Source: Pristiophorus japonicus (taxonomy: Eukaryota). From it: a stretch of DNA of 64,000 nucleotides. Location: contig NC_091999.1 in NCBI RefSeq assembly GCF_044704955.1, positions 9,734,001 through 9,798,000 on the forward strand, written 5' to 3'. Made by a program: the position numbers and the translations under genes. The notes under the pieces were generated by a model that did not search any database, was not told the DNA's origin, and was given only the letters and a program-made list of their open reading frames with translations. This document shows positions 51,400 through 64,000 of this stretch, in pieces; positions within the stretch are counted from its first letter, which is position 1; each line of letters begins with the position of its first letter.

Positions 51400-53232
51400 A
51401 GACTGTGGTGATGACTGGAAACATCATTCTCCACACTAACCACACATTGGTAGAAATGTTAAACACAGGAAAACTGAGAACCGTATCTAATATGAGACGG
51501 GCAAAGTGGGAAGCAGTCCTCTAAATACCCAACAAAGTGGTAACCATAATTAGGGATGTAGGAAACAACCCCGCAGAAGGTATGATGGGTGAAGAGGAAC
51601 CCCACTTTTGCAAAGAGGTATGTGAGGATATGGAAGAGGATAGAATAAAAGACACCCCCCTTCAAAGCGCAGAACAAACCTTGTTTGTGGACGGCTCACG
51701 AAAATACCTAGAGGGACTACCTCGTACCGGATGGGCCATAGTTAACCAGGATCTAGAGACAGTTGAATCAGGGCGAATTAATGCGGGGTCGTCAGCTCGA
51801 GTGGCAGAACTGGTAGCCCTTACCCGGGCACTGGAATTATTGTAAAATAAGATTGTTAATATCTATACGGATAGTAGATATGCACTCGGGGTAGTACACG
51901 ATTATATGACAGCATGGGGGAGAAGGGGTGTTTGCGATGGATAAAGACATAACTTTCTAAATACCAGTTGATATCAGCTGTGAAAAAGATATTGGTTTAA
52001 TTGGAAAAAAAAAGAATTTGAAGAGGTAAAAAACACTCTCCATTGATAATGATTTTAAATTATTAAAATTAAGTCAGTGCCTCTGGGGCCCGAGATGAAC
52101 AGATAAGTATTGATAAACTACACCAGGACACTTCTGAGGAGGAAATAGGTACGTGGACAAAGCAGGGCGCAACGCAAGGAAAGGATAACGTTTGGAGACG
52201 AAACGACAAGATAATGGCGCCTGAATGCATACAGAATACCTTATTGCAGTTGCATCATGGCCTGTCTCATTCAGGATGAGAGGCCATGACCGGGAGGCTT
52301 GGGAGAGATTGGTGGTGGAAAGGAATGGGGAGAGATATTGCCAAATATTGCCATAGATGCATTACGTGCGCACAATATAATCCAGGCAGGCCCATTAAAA
52401 TTAAAATGGGACACCAGCCCCGTCCACGGGGGCCATGGGAACACGTACAAATGGATTTCACAAGTCCTTTGCCCCTATCCCATGGAAAAAGATATGCCTA
52501 GTGATTATTGATCAATGTACCCGGTGGGTGGAAGCTTTCCCCACATGTGATTGCACTGCCTCAACAGTGGCAAGGGTATTGACCGAGCAGGTGATTCCCC
52601 GATGGGGAGTGCCTCAACAGTGGTAAGGATATTCTGACCAAGGCCCCCACTTCACCGGGAAAATTGTAAAAACAATATGCCAGCTGATGGGCATAAAACA
52701 AAAATTCCACATCCCCTACCACCCGCAGAGTTCTGGGATGGTAGAGCGCATGAACCATACACTTAAGAACGCCCTGGCAAAGGCCATGCAAACGTCAGGG
52801 AAAACGTGGACAGAAGTATTACCCATTATATTGATGAAGTTAAGAGCCACGACAAACCGGACAACCGGATTAACCCCTTATGAACTAATGACAGGAAGGG
52901 CGATGCAATTACCAGAGAACATCATAACAGGAGGGGCCGATGTAGGCCCATTAAAAGACAAAAGAAAACGGTATATTTTGGAACTAAGTACTCAATTAAA
53001 AGGGATGTGTAAATTAGTTAGGGACAATCAGGAAGAAAGATACGCGGAAGCAGAGCTTACAAAGCTCCCTGAAGTCCCGTTGGCGGGAAGTCGCGTTATG
53101 GTAAGGGCCCTCCCGGAAAAACCGGGGTTTGCCCAAAAATGGATAGGACCGTATGAGGTTATAATCAGCGGGGACACTTGTGCTTGCATCGATGTTAAAG
53201 GGCGGACAATGGAAGCATCGGACCCAGCTTAA
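51400..53232 (+). pseudogene. pol: ERV pol remnant (connection, RNase H, integrase)
   Basis: LFVDGS..SSARVAELVAL; QMDF, WVEAFP, PYHPQSSGMVERMN; several stops and frameshifts. Confidence 0.9.
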
Positions 53233-53367
53233 GGTTTTTGAAGCAGCCGTTGAGCACACGTATTAGTTGTTGTTGTTTGTCTATTTACAGATTGACAGCG
53301 AGAGATTCTTCAAGCAAGCCATACGGCCATTTTGCCTTTGACTATTTGTTAATTATAGAATAATAAG

Positions 53368-54739
53368 ATGAAACTATATATTGCGATCGGTGAGATTATC
53401 ATAGTTCGTGTTAGGTCCGGCCTGCTAGCTAGACCGAAACGAGAGTTACATGTGAATACCTTTTTGTACATGTCTTATGATTATGCGCAAAATGAGAACT
53501 TTTCCAGTTGCTGGGTATGTTCGCACATCCCCATACATAGCAAAGGAGGCATCCGTTTGAGGTCAATCTCCCTTAACATTTCGGAAGTAGCGGAGTGGGT
53601 AATGTGACAAAACGGTACAGGGGAAGTAAATGATACTTGGAACCAGAGTGGGGATAAAGAAACGTAGAGATCGGGGGGTTACCTTTTGGATGCATTGACG
53701 GATGGTACCAGCCGGAATACAATAGATCGGTACGGCCCCCGTTCCTGGTTTTGACCAACACCTCAGGAGTTGGAAGGCCCACCGCTGACATTTGTTTCAC
53801 TAGAAACCTGACTGGTGAGGAAACAGGTTTTGTAGCAGAATACTTTAACCTCGCCAGGTGGAACATAATAGCCGGCGAAACAACAAACCAGGGGTTCTTT
53901 GAAATAGAGGGTTTGAAGAATCAGACAAGTAGCCAGGACTGGGACCCTAAGATTAGGTGGCGACGGGGGCTGAGAGAGAGATTGGGATCGAATCTAACAG
54001 CACACAATGGCACTTATTTTGTGTGTGGGCACAAGGCCTACCCCTGGTTGCCACAGGACTGGAGGGATCCTGTTATTTGGGATATGTGGTCCCCTTTGTC
54101 AGACGGGTACGTACTTTAGCAGAAGTACAGACACCAGGTTGACTAAGACGAGATCTTACCTCGGTAGAGAGGCTATTTGGGGTCATGATGCCCCCATTCG
54201 GGATAGGACGCACCATGGATGTATTACGTAACATAGAGAGGGTCCTGGAACAGATAGTTAACGACACTGCTGAAGCAATGGAGGGCATAACGGCTGAAAT
54301 GGTAGCCATACGCACAATGGTACTCCAGAACCGAATGGCCCTAGATTATATACTAGCACAAAGTGGGGGCACATGTGCCTTAATTGGAGCTGAATGTTGC
54401 ACTTACATTCCCGATAATTCAGAAAACATAACCAACCTCGCTGATCACATAAGAAGGGAGATAAAGAAACTATCCACGACAGCAGGAGGATCTGGCTGAT
54501 TTGACTGGCTGTTAGGGGAATCCTGGGGGTCCTATCTTATGCATGGAGTAATTATTCTGGTTGTAATAATAATTACTTGCTGTCTAATTATAGGGTGTTT
54601 TAATATCTGCTGTAAAGTTATGATGGCTCGACTGATGCCAGTAGCCAGTGTAATCGCCGAAGAAGCACACCTGATGGAAATACCTGAAGACACCAAGGAT
54701 GAAGAAACAGACGACGTTGACACCGACCACTATCTTTGA
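53368..54739 (+). pseudogene. env: ERV env, gamma-type
   Basis: CWVC in SU, immunosuppressive domain LQNRMALDYIL, CALIGAECC, hydrophobic TM; disrupted. Confidence 0.9.
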
Positions 54740-56382
54740 AGGGTAGCCTAGAGCTACAGGCAAGGTGGACATATGGAAAATCATGGAAGTAACATACCCC
54801 AAAGGACGAATATATGACAATATGATACTATCATTGTGATCATCTGGATTTCGTGAACATCCTCCAGGACCAAAAGGGTGAATATTGTTGAAGCGGATTT
54901 TTGGACATATACTTGACTAGTATATGGGACCAAACATTTGTTTTATTTTCCCCTTTAATGAATTTTGTAAGGGACAATACTGATGCATTATGCTTTATAT
55001 ACAAAACACAGTTAGACTTCAAGGTATGCTGGCCTTGAGTTATGGAGATAGGAACGTGAGATAATGAACGACTGGAGAGATAAGTGGGATGTTTGTCTAT
55101 ACCGGTGCCAAAAGACCTGCAATTGTTTATAATGCCCTGTCACAGTGCAGGCTGGTTTATATCAAAAACTCAGCCTAGGATGAAAAGCTTTGTAAACCTT
55201 GTAATGCGATGATAAAGCATGTGATGTAAAGTGACGTAATTTGTAAGATAAAAGAACCTCACTGGAGATACCAAATTGAGAAGCTGGTTCAAAGACAGGG
55301 GTCTTTAACACTTCTCCCAAAGCTTTGTCTCCGATTTAATAAACCTCTCTTTATATATTATACAGTCTCGTAAAATATTTTTCCACAATACTATTAAAGA
55401 CTATTCGCACAATCCCAGATTTATTTGAAGGCACGCAAGTTAATTGATGCATTCAGAGACCAGATCAGCAAGGATAGCGATAGACTTGAGAAATCTCTCT
55501 ATTTTCTCCTCAGGTCTGCCGAAATGTTCAACTATTTTTCTCTTCCTGTGCTCTCCCATTGCGTTGCGTGTTTCCAATAGTTCTGTTATCAAGTTCGGAA
55601 ACTTGGATCTATCTTTAGGTAAAACCGAAATAATGTGTCACAGAAATTCCCTCGAACCTGAACACTTGAAATATTCGGTTTTGATGGAATGCGCGGGATG
55701 AATTCACAAACACAGGCAGAATATGGGAAGCATTAATGGAGCGACCAGCAGGATGTTCCCTGAACATCGATCCATGACTTTACGGGGAAACAGCTGAGCA
55801 CAAGAGGAAAAGACAGTTTGACCGGTCGGTTGATTCTGTGATCGATCATTTGGATCGATTGGCTTCTGCAGTTTCTTTCCTCGGCTGCTTCATGAAGACC
55901 TTATAACCGGAAATATTTAATACCCAATCATGCCCATTTTTGTGCCACTTCTCAGTTAATGACACAACAGTTAATTTGCATGTTGCTGCTTGTGGCCTGC
56001 AACTCAATTACATCTCGAGATATATCACACTACACCCTGCCTTAATTGTTACTGCGCTAATCCTCTGGCATGTCCGGTTTTATATTGCACTAGACCCAGT
56101 ATCTTTTATTACTGCACTGGAACCTGGATCCTTCAACATGGCAGTCCGAGAGATGAATGTGGATTGAGGGACAGGACGGAAGGTGAGCAATATTGCTTCG
56201 CACTTTGCACTATATAGTGTCAAGCTCTGTCGTGCAAACGTTTAATAATTCACATTTGTTTTACACAATGTCAGTTGCTCTTAGATTTTCTAATGTTAAA
56301 GATTGTGATTATTGCAGTATTTACCATTCAGCTTTTGCGCGACCCACTGATTTTTCAGAAACAGGCTGCAACGGTGACCTCA

Positions 56383-56399
56383 CAGCGCCGTCTGATGGG
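56383..56399 (-). promoter_or_regulatory. CTCF-like motif CCATCAGACGGCGCTG
   Basis: Same orientation as the other sites; decayed in the paralog near 38115. Confidence 0.5.
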
Positions 56400-57273
56400 C
56401 GGCCGCAGGGCCCTAATGTCGGCCGGGTCGTTAGCGTTGCAGTGTGGGAAGTTCTGTCCTTGTTTTTATTGCAACAAATCAGTAACAGGATGCAATTTAC
56501 CCTAACAACTGAACGCTAATGTAATCCCGTCTCCTGAGGGTAACCAACCACAAGGACACATCTCTTCTTACAGACTATTAGCACAATCCCAGATTTACTT
56601 GAAGCTTAACTAATGCACGCAAGTTACTTGATGCATTCAGAGATCAGAACAGCAAGGATAGTGATAGAATTGATAAATCTCTCTATTTTCTCCACAGAAC
56701 ACTGAAATGTTCAATTATTATTCTCTTCATGTGCTCTCCCATTGGGCTGTGTCTTTCCAACACCTCTGTTATCAAATTCGGAAACATGGATCTACCTTTA
56801 GCTAAAACTGAAATAATGTGTCAGAGGATTTACCGAGCAACTCATTAAATATTCGGTGTTAATGGAATGCGCGGGATGAATTCATAAACATAGGCAGAAT
56901 ATGTGAAGAATTTGCTGTCCCATTGACGGAGCGAGCTGCAGGACGCTGCCTGAACATTGATGCATGACATTAAGGGGAAACATTTGGTCAGAGCAGGAAG
57001 GACAGTTTAACCCGTCAGGTCATGCTGTGATCGATCTTTCGGACCGAATGGATTCTGCAATTTATTTTCTCGGCCGCTCGTGGAAACAGTTGTGTGACAG
57101 TTGAATCCGAGGTTAACTTGGTTTCCTTTCGGTGTATGTTTGAGTGCCTGGCAGCGTGCTGCACATTGTGGTTGCATCTGCCCGCGATTCCACATAACCC
57201 CAACAGCCAGGAGCTCCGACCTACCGTCCAATGGCAGTTTATGTACGGGGTGAGACTGCTTTCCATCACTGTG

Positions 57274-57731
57274 TGCCAGACAGAGCGCAGTAATACACGG
57301 CAGCGTCAGTCAGCTGCAGCCCGGCGATGGTTAAACTCGTCAATTTAGTCGAGGTCTGGAGCACTGCAGAGAAACGGGTTCCAAAACCTTCTCCTTTCTT
57401 TTCCTCTGTGCCCCCTGACCATCTCCGCACAACAAACTGGGGCGCCTTCTCTGCTTTTTGCCGGTACCAATATAAGTAATAGTTTCCTGTGGTACTATAG
57501 GTACATTTTATAGTCACCGCTTCACCTTCTCTCCTGCTCTCTGAAGACTGGGACTGAGTAACAGAATCTCCTTCACTCTGACCTGGAACATGTGTACAGG
57601 AACAAGATTAAACCGAGTATTAAAGGTGTTAGTGAAATGATATTAACATTTTAGCTCAAACACAACATTATTTAATCATCCTTACCCATAATAAAGACCG
57701 CAAACACAATCCAGGCGCTAAATATCCGCAT
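57274..57731 (-). CDS. Intact TCR V-alpha/delta gene, paralog of 39016-39478
   Basis: Leader 57731-57686 (MRIFSAWIVFAVFIM); V exon 57582-57274 ..CTYSTTGNYYLYWYRQ..DAAVYYCALS; RSS cacagtg(57273-57267)-22-acataaact. Confidence 0.95.
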
Positions 57732-59020
57732 GGCCGCTGCCGAGCCCGAACCTGTCGGTCCCTTTAAAAGCCCACTCCAGGACCAGCCTGGACCCCGTCA
57801 GAGGCTCTGAAAAGTTCAACGTCACTTCCTGCACTCATTGCTGCAATGACGCAATATCCATTTCACACACAATATATTGAAATCAGATGGAAATGATGGT
57901 CCTGGCTCAGTTGAATCCCTTTGAGCCACAGCATTAAGCAACTCGGTGGGTCGGTCACTCAGTGGTATTCTCTGGTGTGAGGAAAGCTTCAGCTTTGCTG
58001 AAGTTTGGAGATTGATTTAATGGGTCCGAAACGTTCACACTGAATGAGTGAATGTTGGTTCTCTGCTGGCGTGTGATGGCACAGCAAGAGCATTCCATTT
58101 ATTGTCATTGAACCTTCCGTGTTTATACTCAACTATCCGCTGTGTGCAATAGATTTACTCTGGTCGCTATTTCTAACGAAAGTGTGAACGCATTCTAAAA
58201 GAATATGCTAGCAATTGAATTAAAACAGCATTAAGATTAGATTCCCACTGAGAGACCAGAGGAAAGCTTCGCCTTCTGTGTCCACAGCAGAAGGTTAACC
58301 AAATCAGACCCCCGTCAACCATCTCAGTCTGAATAGGGAAAGTAAGTGAAGTCAATTGAACAACTCCATCGATATACAAACACCTACATTGTCAGTTCGA
58401 TAATATCTGACCTTCATCAGATTACTGTATTGTCAATTTCACAGAGGGATATATGAGAATATTCCTCAAAATTCTTCCGAATCTGTTAGATTCCACTGTG
58501 CTGAAGGATAGTTAGTGCCATCGGAGAAAGTCCTCACCCGGCTTTCAGTTCTTTCTCCCAATCTCTCTCTCTCTCCCCAATTTCGCTCCCTCTCCTCAGT
58601 CTATCTCTCTCCCCCAGTCTCTTTCTCTCTCCATTCCCGTCTCAATCTGTCTCCCCCAAGTCTCTGTCTCTCTCTATCCCCAGTCTGTCTTTCTCCCCTA
58701 ATCTCTCTCTCTCTCCCCTTTCACTCTCTCTCACTGCCTCCCTGTCTATCTCTCTATCTCTCTCATCCCCCAGCCTCTCTCTCCCTAGTCTCTGTCGCTC
58801 TCTCCCTCCCTGCCTCTCTCTCTCTCTCCCCAGTCATTCAACACCTCCGAGTTTTTCTCTCCGACAAAAGGCCGCGAAAACGTCCATCAATATAATCACC
58901 GCGATATTTTAGCCAAAGGTCTAAATCTGCGAAGCAACGTGGTCGATGGTAGCACCGGCCTCCTCACGATACAGCCCACTTCTGGTTTTGCGTCAGAGGA
59001 GCCTGCTCATGCACGGGACG

Positions 59021-59064
<44 letters not shown>

Positions 59065-59509
59065 GGCGGGGGTGCGGAGGGTTGGGGGGTGGGGGTGTCA
59101 GTGTCCATGGCGGCCTTGCGATTGAGCAGCACGTCGGTAAAAGCGTTTCAAAGAATCACTCCGATAAATTAAGCATCGTGATTCACATTCAAACCCTCCC
59201 GTTGTCACTTTGAGATAAAATATTAGCTCCATCAATTGACTATGTTGGTAGTTCCTCGGAAATGAATATGGATCCCTTCCCCAAATATCTGCTGAAATCC
59301 TTAGATTAATGTCCACCTGAAGCTAAAACTGTGCTGAAATTAAACACATCTGGTGGTAAGTGATGGTCGGTGACATGGAACAAACTCCTCAACCGGGTTA
59401 CGTTCCATGAGTGTGTCGTTCATTAAAGATTTTAACAAACCAGAGTTTTCTTTCGAATGATAGCTGTATAAAACTACGATAATTTATATTGCAGTTGCTT
59501 TAAGATTTG

Positions 59510-60783
59510 CAGCATGAGGAAATAATTGATCAACGGGATTTGTTGAGGAACGTTCGTGTCTGACTTACTTGATTGAATTCTCTGAGGAGGTAACAGGGAG
59601 GGTCAATTCCGGCAATGTGTTTGTTGTAGTTTACATGGATTTTAGCAAGGCATTTTCTAAGCTCCCGCCTATTAGGCTGATCAAAAATGTAAAACCCATG
59701 GGATCCAAGGCAAAATGGAAAATTGGTTCCAAATTTGACTCGGTGGCATGTAGCAAAGGGATCTTTTTGTGATTGGAAGGCGGTTTCCAGTGGGGTTCCA
59801 CAGGGCTCCGTATGCGGCCATGTACTTCTTGTAGTATATTTTATTGGTTTAGACTTAACTGTACTGGGCATGACAACGAAATTTGCAGATGATACAACAA
59901 AAATGACCGCATGTCTTACAGTAAGGATGAAAGCCCAAGACTGCAGGAAATATCGATGAACTGGTCAGTTGGACGGAAAATTGTCAAATGGAATTCAATC
60001 CGGAAACTTGTGAAGTAATGCATTTGGGGAGGAGCAACAATTCAAGGGAAAATAATCAATGGGAGGGTACTGAGAGGGGTGGAGGAACAGAGTGATCTTG
60101 GAGAAAACGTCTACATATCCTTAAAGGTAGCAGGACAGGTCGACAAGCGAGTTAAAAGGCATACAGAATGCTGTCCTTTACTGGCCGATGCATAGAAGAC
60201 TTACGTGCACGAACTTTATACAACATTACTTGGGCCACAGTTTGCATACTGCGTGCAGTTCTGGTCATTACAATACAGGAAGGATGTGATTGCAGTAGAA
60301 AGGGTGCAGAGGAGATTACGAGGATTTTGGCAGAACTGGCAAATATTATGAGGAAAGAATTTATAGGCTGGGCTACTTTTCCTTGGAACAGAGGAGACTG
60401 AGGGGAGATTTACTTTAGGAATATACAATAAAGAGCGGCCTAGGTAAAGTGGATAGAAAGGAACTATTTCTCAAGCACAGCGGTCAAAAATCAGGGTGAA
60501 AATAATTCAATTATTTGGAAGAAGGATTAGAGGGGAATGGGGACAAAATTCTTCACCCAGAGACTGTTGGGAGTTGGAACTCACTGCCTGAAATGGTCGT
60601 AGAGACAGAAACCCTCATCATATTTTAAATAAACGTGGATGTGCACTTAAAGAGCCGTAACCTACAGGGCTATGGACTTAGTGCTGGAAAGTAGATTTAG
60701 GCTAGGTAATTTTTTTTCGACCGACACATACACGATGGGCCGAATGGCCTACTTCTGTGTCGTAATTTTCTATGATTCTATGA
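59510..60783 (+). mobile_element. Old CR1 RT-3' fragment (3' part shared with 41400-41815)
   Basis: YMDF, PQGSV, FADD. Confidence 0.8.
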
Positions 60784-61569
60784 AGCGTGCTCGGGAGAGA
60801 ATGTGATGAGGAATAGATGCCAAAACAAGAATAATAGCAGGAGGATTGGATCTTTCTGAATCTCAACAACAGGAACACATATACAAACAGGTTTCAAATA
60901 TTGATAGATTTACATAAATCAGGAAAAGCATGGGGCCGAGTCCCACGGGAGCAGTGAGAAAATCTTGACCACAGCGCTCTCAGACGGGTGTAATGAGAAC
61001 ATTTACAATATTCGGATATCAGATAAATGGTAAGCACTATAAATATATCTATGGGCAGTTTGCAGTGCAAATTCATGGACAGATGTTGTGGTGATAATGA
61101 TGCCAAATGTCGAGCCTTGTACATCAACACTTACAGGGGCATGAATATAAATCAGATTAATTGGAACGTGGAAATTCACAGATCCGCTTGCAGATTTGAC
61201 CCTTTCCGATCTGCACAATGAACAACAAACCACAATGCTCATTCACAACAATTGACATTCATTCCCTTTCAGGTTAACAGGGGCTGGCTAGCACTTGATC
61301 GTTATACACACACTGCAGACAGTCAATATGTACTGTTCTCCAGCTTTTCCCGGTGCCCAGTGAGTCATTTCTCTGTGTAGGAACCTTGATGTAAGCTGCT
61401 CCCACTGCTCAGTGAGAACAAGTAAGAACTGAGAAGCAGCTGCCCATATGCCTGTCAGTCATCAGCCTTGTTACCTCTACAACGGACTATCAATCATCTA
61501 CCTGTATTTATTAGAATGAAGTGTTTAGTCTTGAACCTGCCTGTACCAGGAGACTGCCTCTACTAGGAG

Positions 61570-61970
61570 TCAGCCATAGCTGAGGTAAAAACACTCTCGC
61601 CTTTGAATCTGAAGGTTTTGAGTTCAATTCGCACTCTAGAGACTTGAGCATAAATCTAGCCCCACATTCCCCATGTGAGTACTGAGGGAGTGACGCAATG
61701 TCAGGGGCACCATCTTGCGGGTGAATCCAAGGCCCTGTCTGCCTTCTCAGGAAGACATAATATCTCTGCACGGTGTCCTGGTCTATATTCATTTCACAAT
61801 CAACATCTCCAACACAAATTAACTGGTCATTATGACGTCACTGTTTGCGTGACCCTGCTGGGTGCAGACTGGCTGCCGCGTTTCCGTCATTACATGAGTG
61901 ATGACACTTAAAAGTACTTCACTGGCTGTTAGTTACTTAGGGACGTCATGAAAGGTGCTCTGTCAATAAT
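61570..61970 (+). mobile_element. Deu-domain SINE, decayed
   Basis: Family match. Confidence 0.65.
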
Positions 61971-62183
61971 ATTTCCCTTTCTTTACTCGTATAACGGAAC
62001 TTGTATATTTTAATTATATATTATTGTTAATAAACGTAAATACGTGTGAGAATTAAACGTACAAGATATCACTCAACGCCAACTCAGAAACGGCCTGATC
62101 ACAATGTCCGTATGATGCACTGATTGGTTGATCGATACTCTGTCAGCTTATGTTCCGGTCGAACCCAGTTCCATGTCTCCGTC

Positions 62184-62490
62184 CGGCTCAGTGTACAGCA
62201 ATGCATCGCGGCGTCTGTCACAAGTGTTTCAGACATATTCTGCGGGAGAGTTCAGCTCGAATCATTGAGCTTCGCTGAAAAACCGTCCCCTGGAAAACTC
62301 CCTCCCTCTCGCTGCATCTGCTTCTTTTCAGCAGATGCTCAATGAAGGCGTTGGAATACTGACGGTACCTGTATAGGTGAACAGTATCTCCAATTGTCGC
62401 TGCATAATTACAGTGCAGCTTAACATCGTCTCCTTCACTTACTGTGGTAACAGCCGGTGTCCGTGAAATGGAATCTCCTCGACAATGCCC
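62184..62490 (-). pseudogene. TCR V-alpha/delta pseudogene
   Basis: GDSISRTPAVTTVSEGDDVKLHCNY..HLYRYRQY (Trp lost)..TDAAMHCCTLS; frameshifts; RSS gacggag-23-acataagct with a broken heptamer; CR1 inserted at the exon 5' end. Confidence 0.85.
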
Positions 62491-64000
62491 ATAAGAACAT
62501 AAGAACATAAGAATTAGGAACAGGAGCAGGCCATCTAACCCCTCGAGCCTGCTCCACTATTCAATAAATCATGGCTGATCTGGTCGTGGGCCCAGCTCCA
62601 CTTACCCGCCCTCTCTCTGTAACCCTTATTTATCTTATTGGTTAAAAATCTATCTATCTTTGACTTGAAATCATTCAATGAGCTAGCCTCAACTGCTTCC
62701 TTGGGCAGAGAATTCCACAGATTCACAACCCTCTGGGAGAAGAAATTCTTTCTCAACTCGGTTTTAAATTGGCTCCTCTGTATTTTGAGGCTGTGCCCCC
62801 TAGTTCTAGTCTCCCCTACCAATGGAAACAACCTCTCTGCCTTTATCTTGTCTATCACTTTCATGATTTTAAATGTTTCTATAAGATCACCCCTCATCCT
62901 TCTGAACTCCAACGAGTAAAGACCCAGTCTACTCAATCTATCATCATAAGGTAACCCCCTCATCTCCGGAATCAGCCTAGTGAATCGTCTCTGTACCCCT
63001 TCCAAAGCCAGTATATCCTTCCTTAAGTAAGGTGACCAAAACTGCACGCAGTACTCCAGGTGCAGCCTCACCAATATCCTGTACAGTTGCAGCAAGATCT
63101 CCCTGCTTTTGTACTCCATCCCTCTCGCAATGAAGGCCAACATTCCATTCGCCTTCCTGATTACCTGCTGCACCTGCAAACTAACCTTTTGGGATTCATG
63201 CACAAGGACCCCCAGGTCCCTCTGCACCACAGCATGTTGTAATTTCTCCCCATTCAAATAATATTCCCTTTTACTGTTTTTTTTCCCAAGGTGGATGACC
63301 TCACACTTTCCGACATTGTACTCCATCTGCCAAATCGTAGCCCATTCGCTTAACCTATCCAAATCTCCTTGCAGCCTCTCTGAGTCCTCGACACAACCCG
63401 CTTTCCCACTAATCTTAGTGTCATCTGCAAATTTTGTTGCACTACACTCTGTCCTCTTCTAGGTCATCTATGTATATTGTAAACAGTTGTGGTCCCAGCA
63501 CTGATCCCTGTGGCACACCACTAACCACTGATTTCCAACCGGCAAAGGACTCATTTATCCCGACTCTCTGCTTTCTGTTCGCCAGCCAATTCTCTATCCA
63601 TGCTAATACATTTCCTCTGACTCAGTGTACCTTTATCTTCTGCAGTAACCTTTTGTGTGGCACATGATCGAATGCCTGTTGGAAATCTAAATACACCACA
63701 TCCATCGGTACACCTCTATCCACCATGCTCGTTATATCCTCAAAGAATTCCAGTAAGTTAGTTAAACATGATTTCCCCTTCATGAATCCATGCTGCGTCT
63801 GCTTGATTGCACTATTCCTATCTAGATGTCCCGCAATTTCTTCCTTAATGATAGTTTCAAACAGTTTCCCCACGACAGATGTTAAACTAGCCGGCCTATA
63901 GTTACCTGCCTTTTGCCTGCCCCCTTTTTTAAACAGAGGCGTTACATTAGCTGCTTTCCAATCCGCTGGTACCTCCCCAGAGTCCAGAGAATTTTGGTAG
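62491..64000 (-). mobile_element. Young CR1 RT region, runs off the window
   Basis: 275-aa ORF 62535-63362; (TTCTTATG)n tail. Confidence 0.95.

Larger units (their letters stand above)
49222..55390 (+). mobile_element. Defective class I (gamma/epsilon-like) endogenous retrovirus with env
   Basis: LTRs 49222-49725 and 54886-55390; 4-bp TSD CTAT; PBS 49729-49746; PPT about 54872-54882; gag NC, protease LVDTGAS, RNase H LFVDGS, integrase, env LQNRMALDY..CX6CC; RT core absent. Confidence 0.95.
56100..61030. repeat. Segmental duplication unit, copy C
   Basis: Shares flank, V, promoter, CT tract, CR1 3' end and CTCF-like site with copy A. Confidence 0.9.

Overview
Eukaryotic, repeat-rich DNA from a cartilaginous fish (shark-type CR1 LINEs, Deu-domain SINEs, shark IgM-like V). 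The window is the D-proximal end of the T-cell receptor alpha/delta locus, transcribed on the minus strand; C-delta is expected beyond the left edge. From left to right it holds two J-delta segments (12-RSS), one D-delta (12-D-23, core nearly identical to human TRDD3) and nine V-type segments. These are an IgM-like VH pseudogene with an intact 23-RSS, a second Ig-like (TAILV-type) V pseudogene, a TRDV2-like pseudogene, an open V with two extra Cys and a decayed leader, a TRAV-like pseudogene, an inverted V fragment, two intact paralogous V-alpha/delta genes and one more V pseudogene. The intact pair sits in a tandem segmental triplication whose middle copy lost its V and gained an env-bearing class I endogenous retrovirus. 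Co-oriented CTCF motifs point towards D-J. Most ORFs in the supplied track are LINE, ERV or minisatellite artefacts. All family assignments come from motif recognition by eye; no database searches were run, and boundaries of old repeats are approximate.
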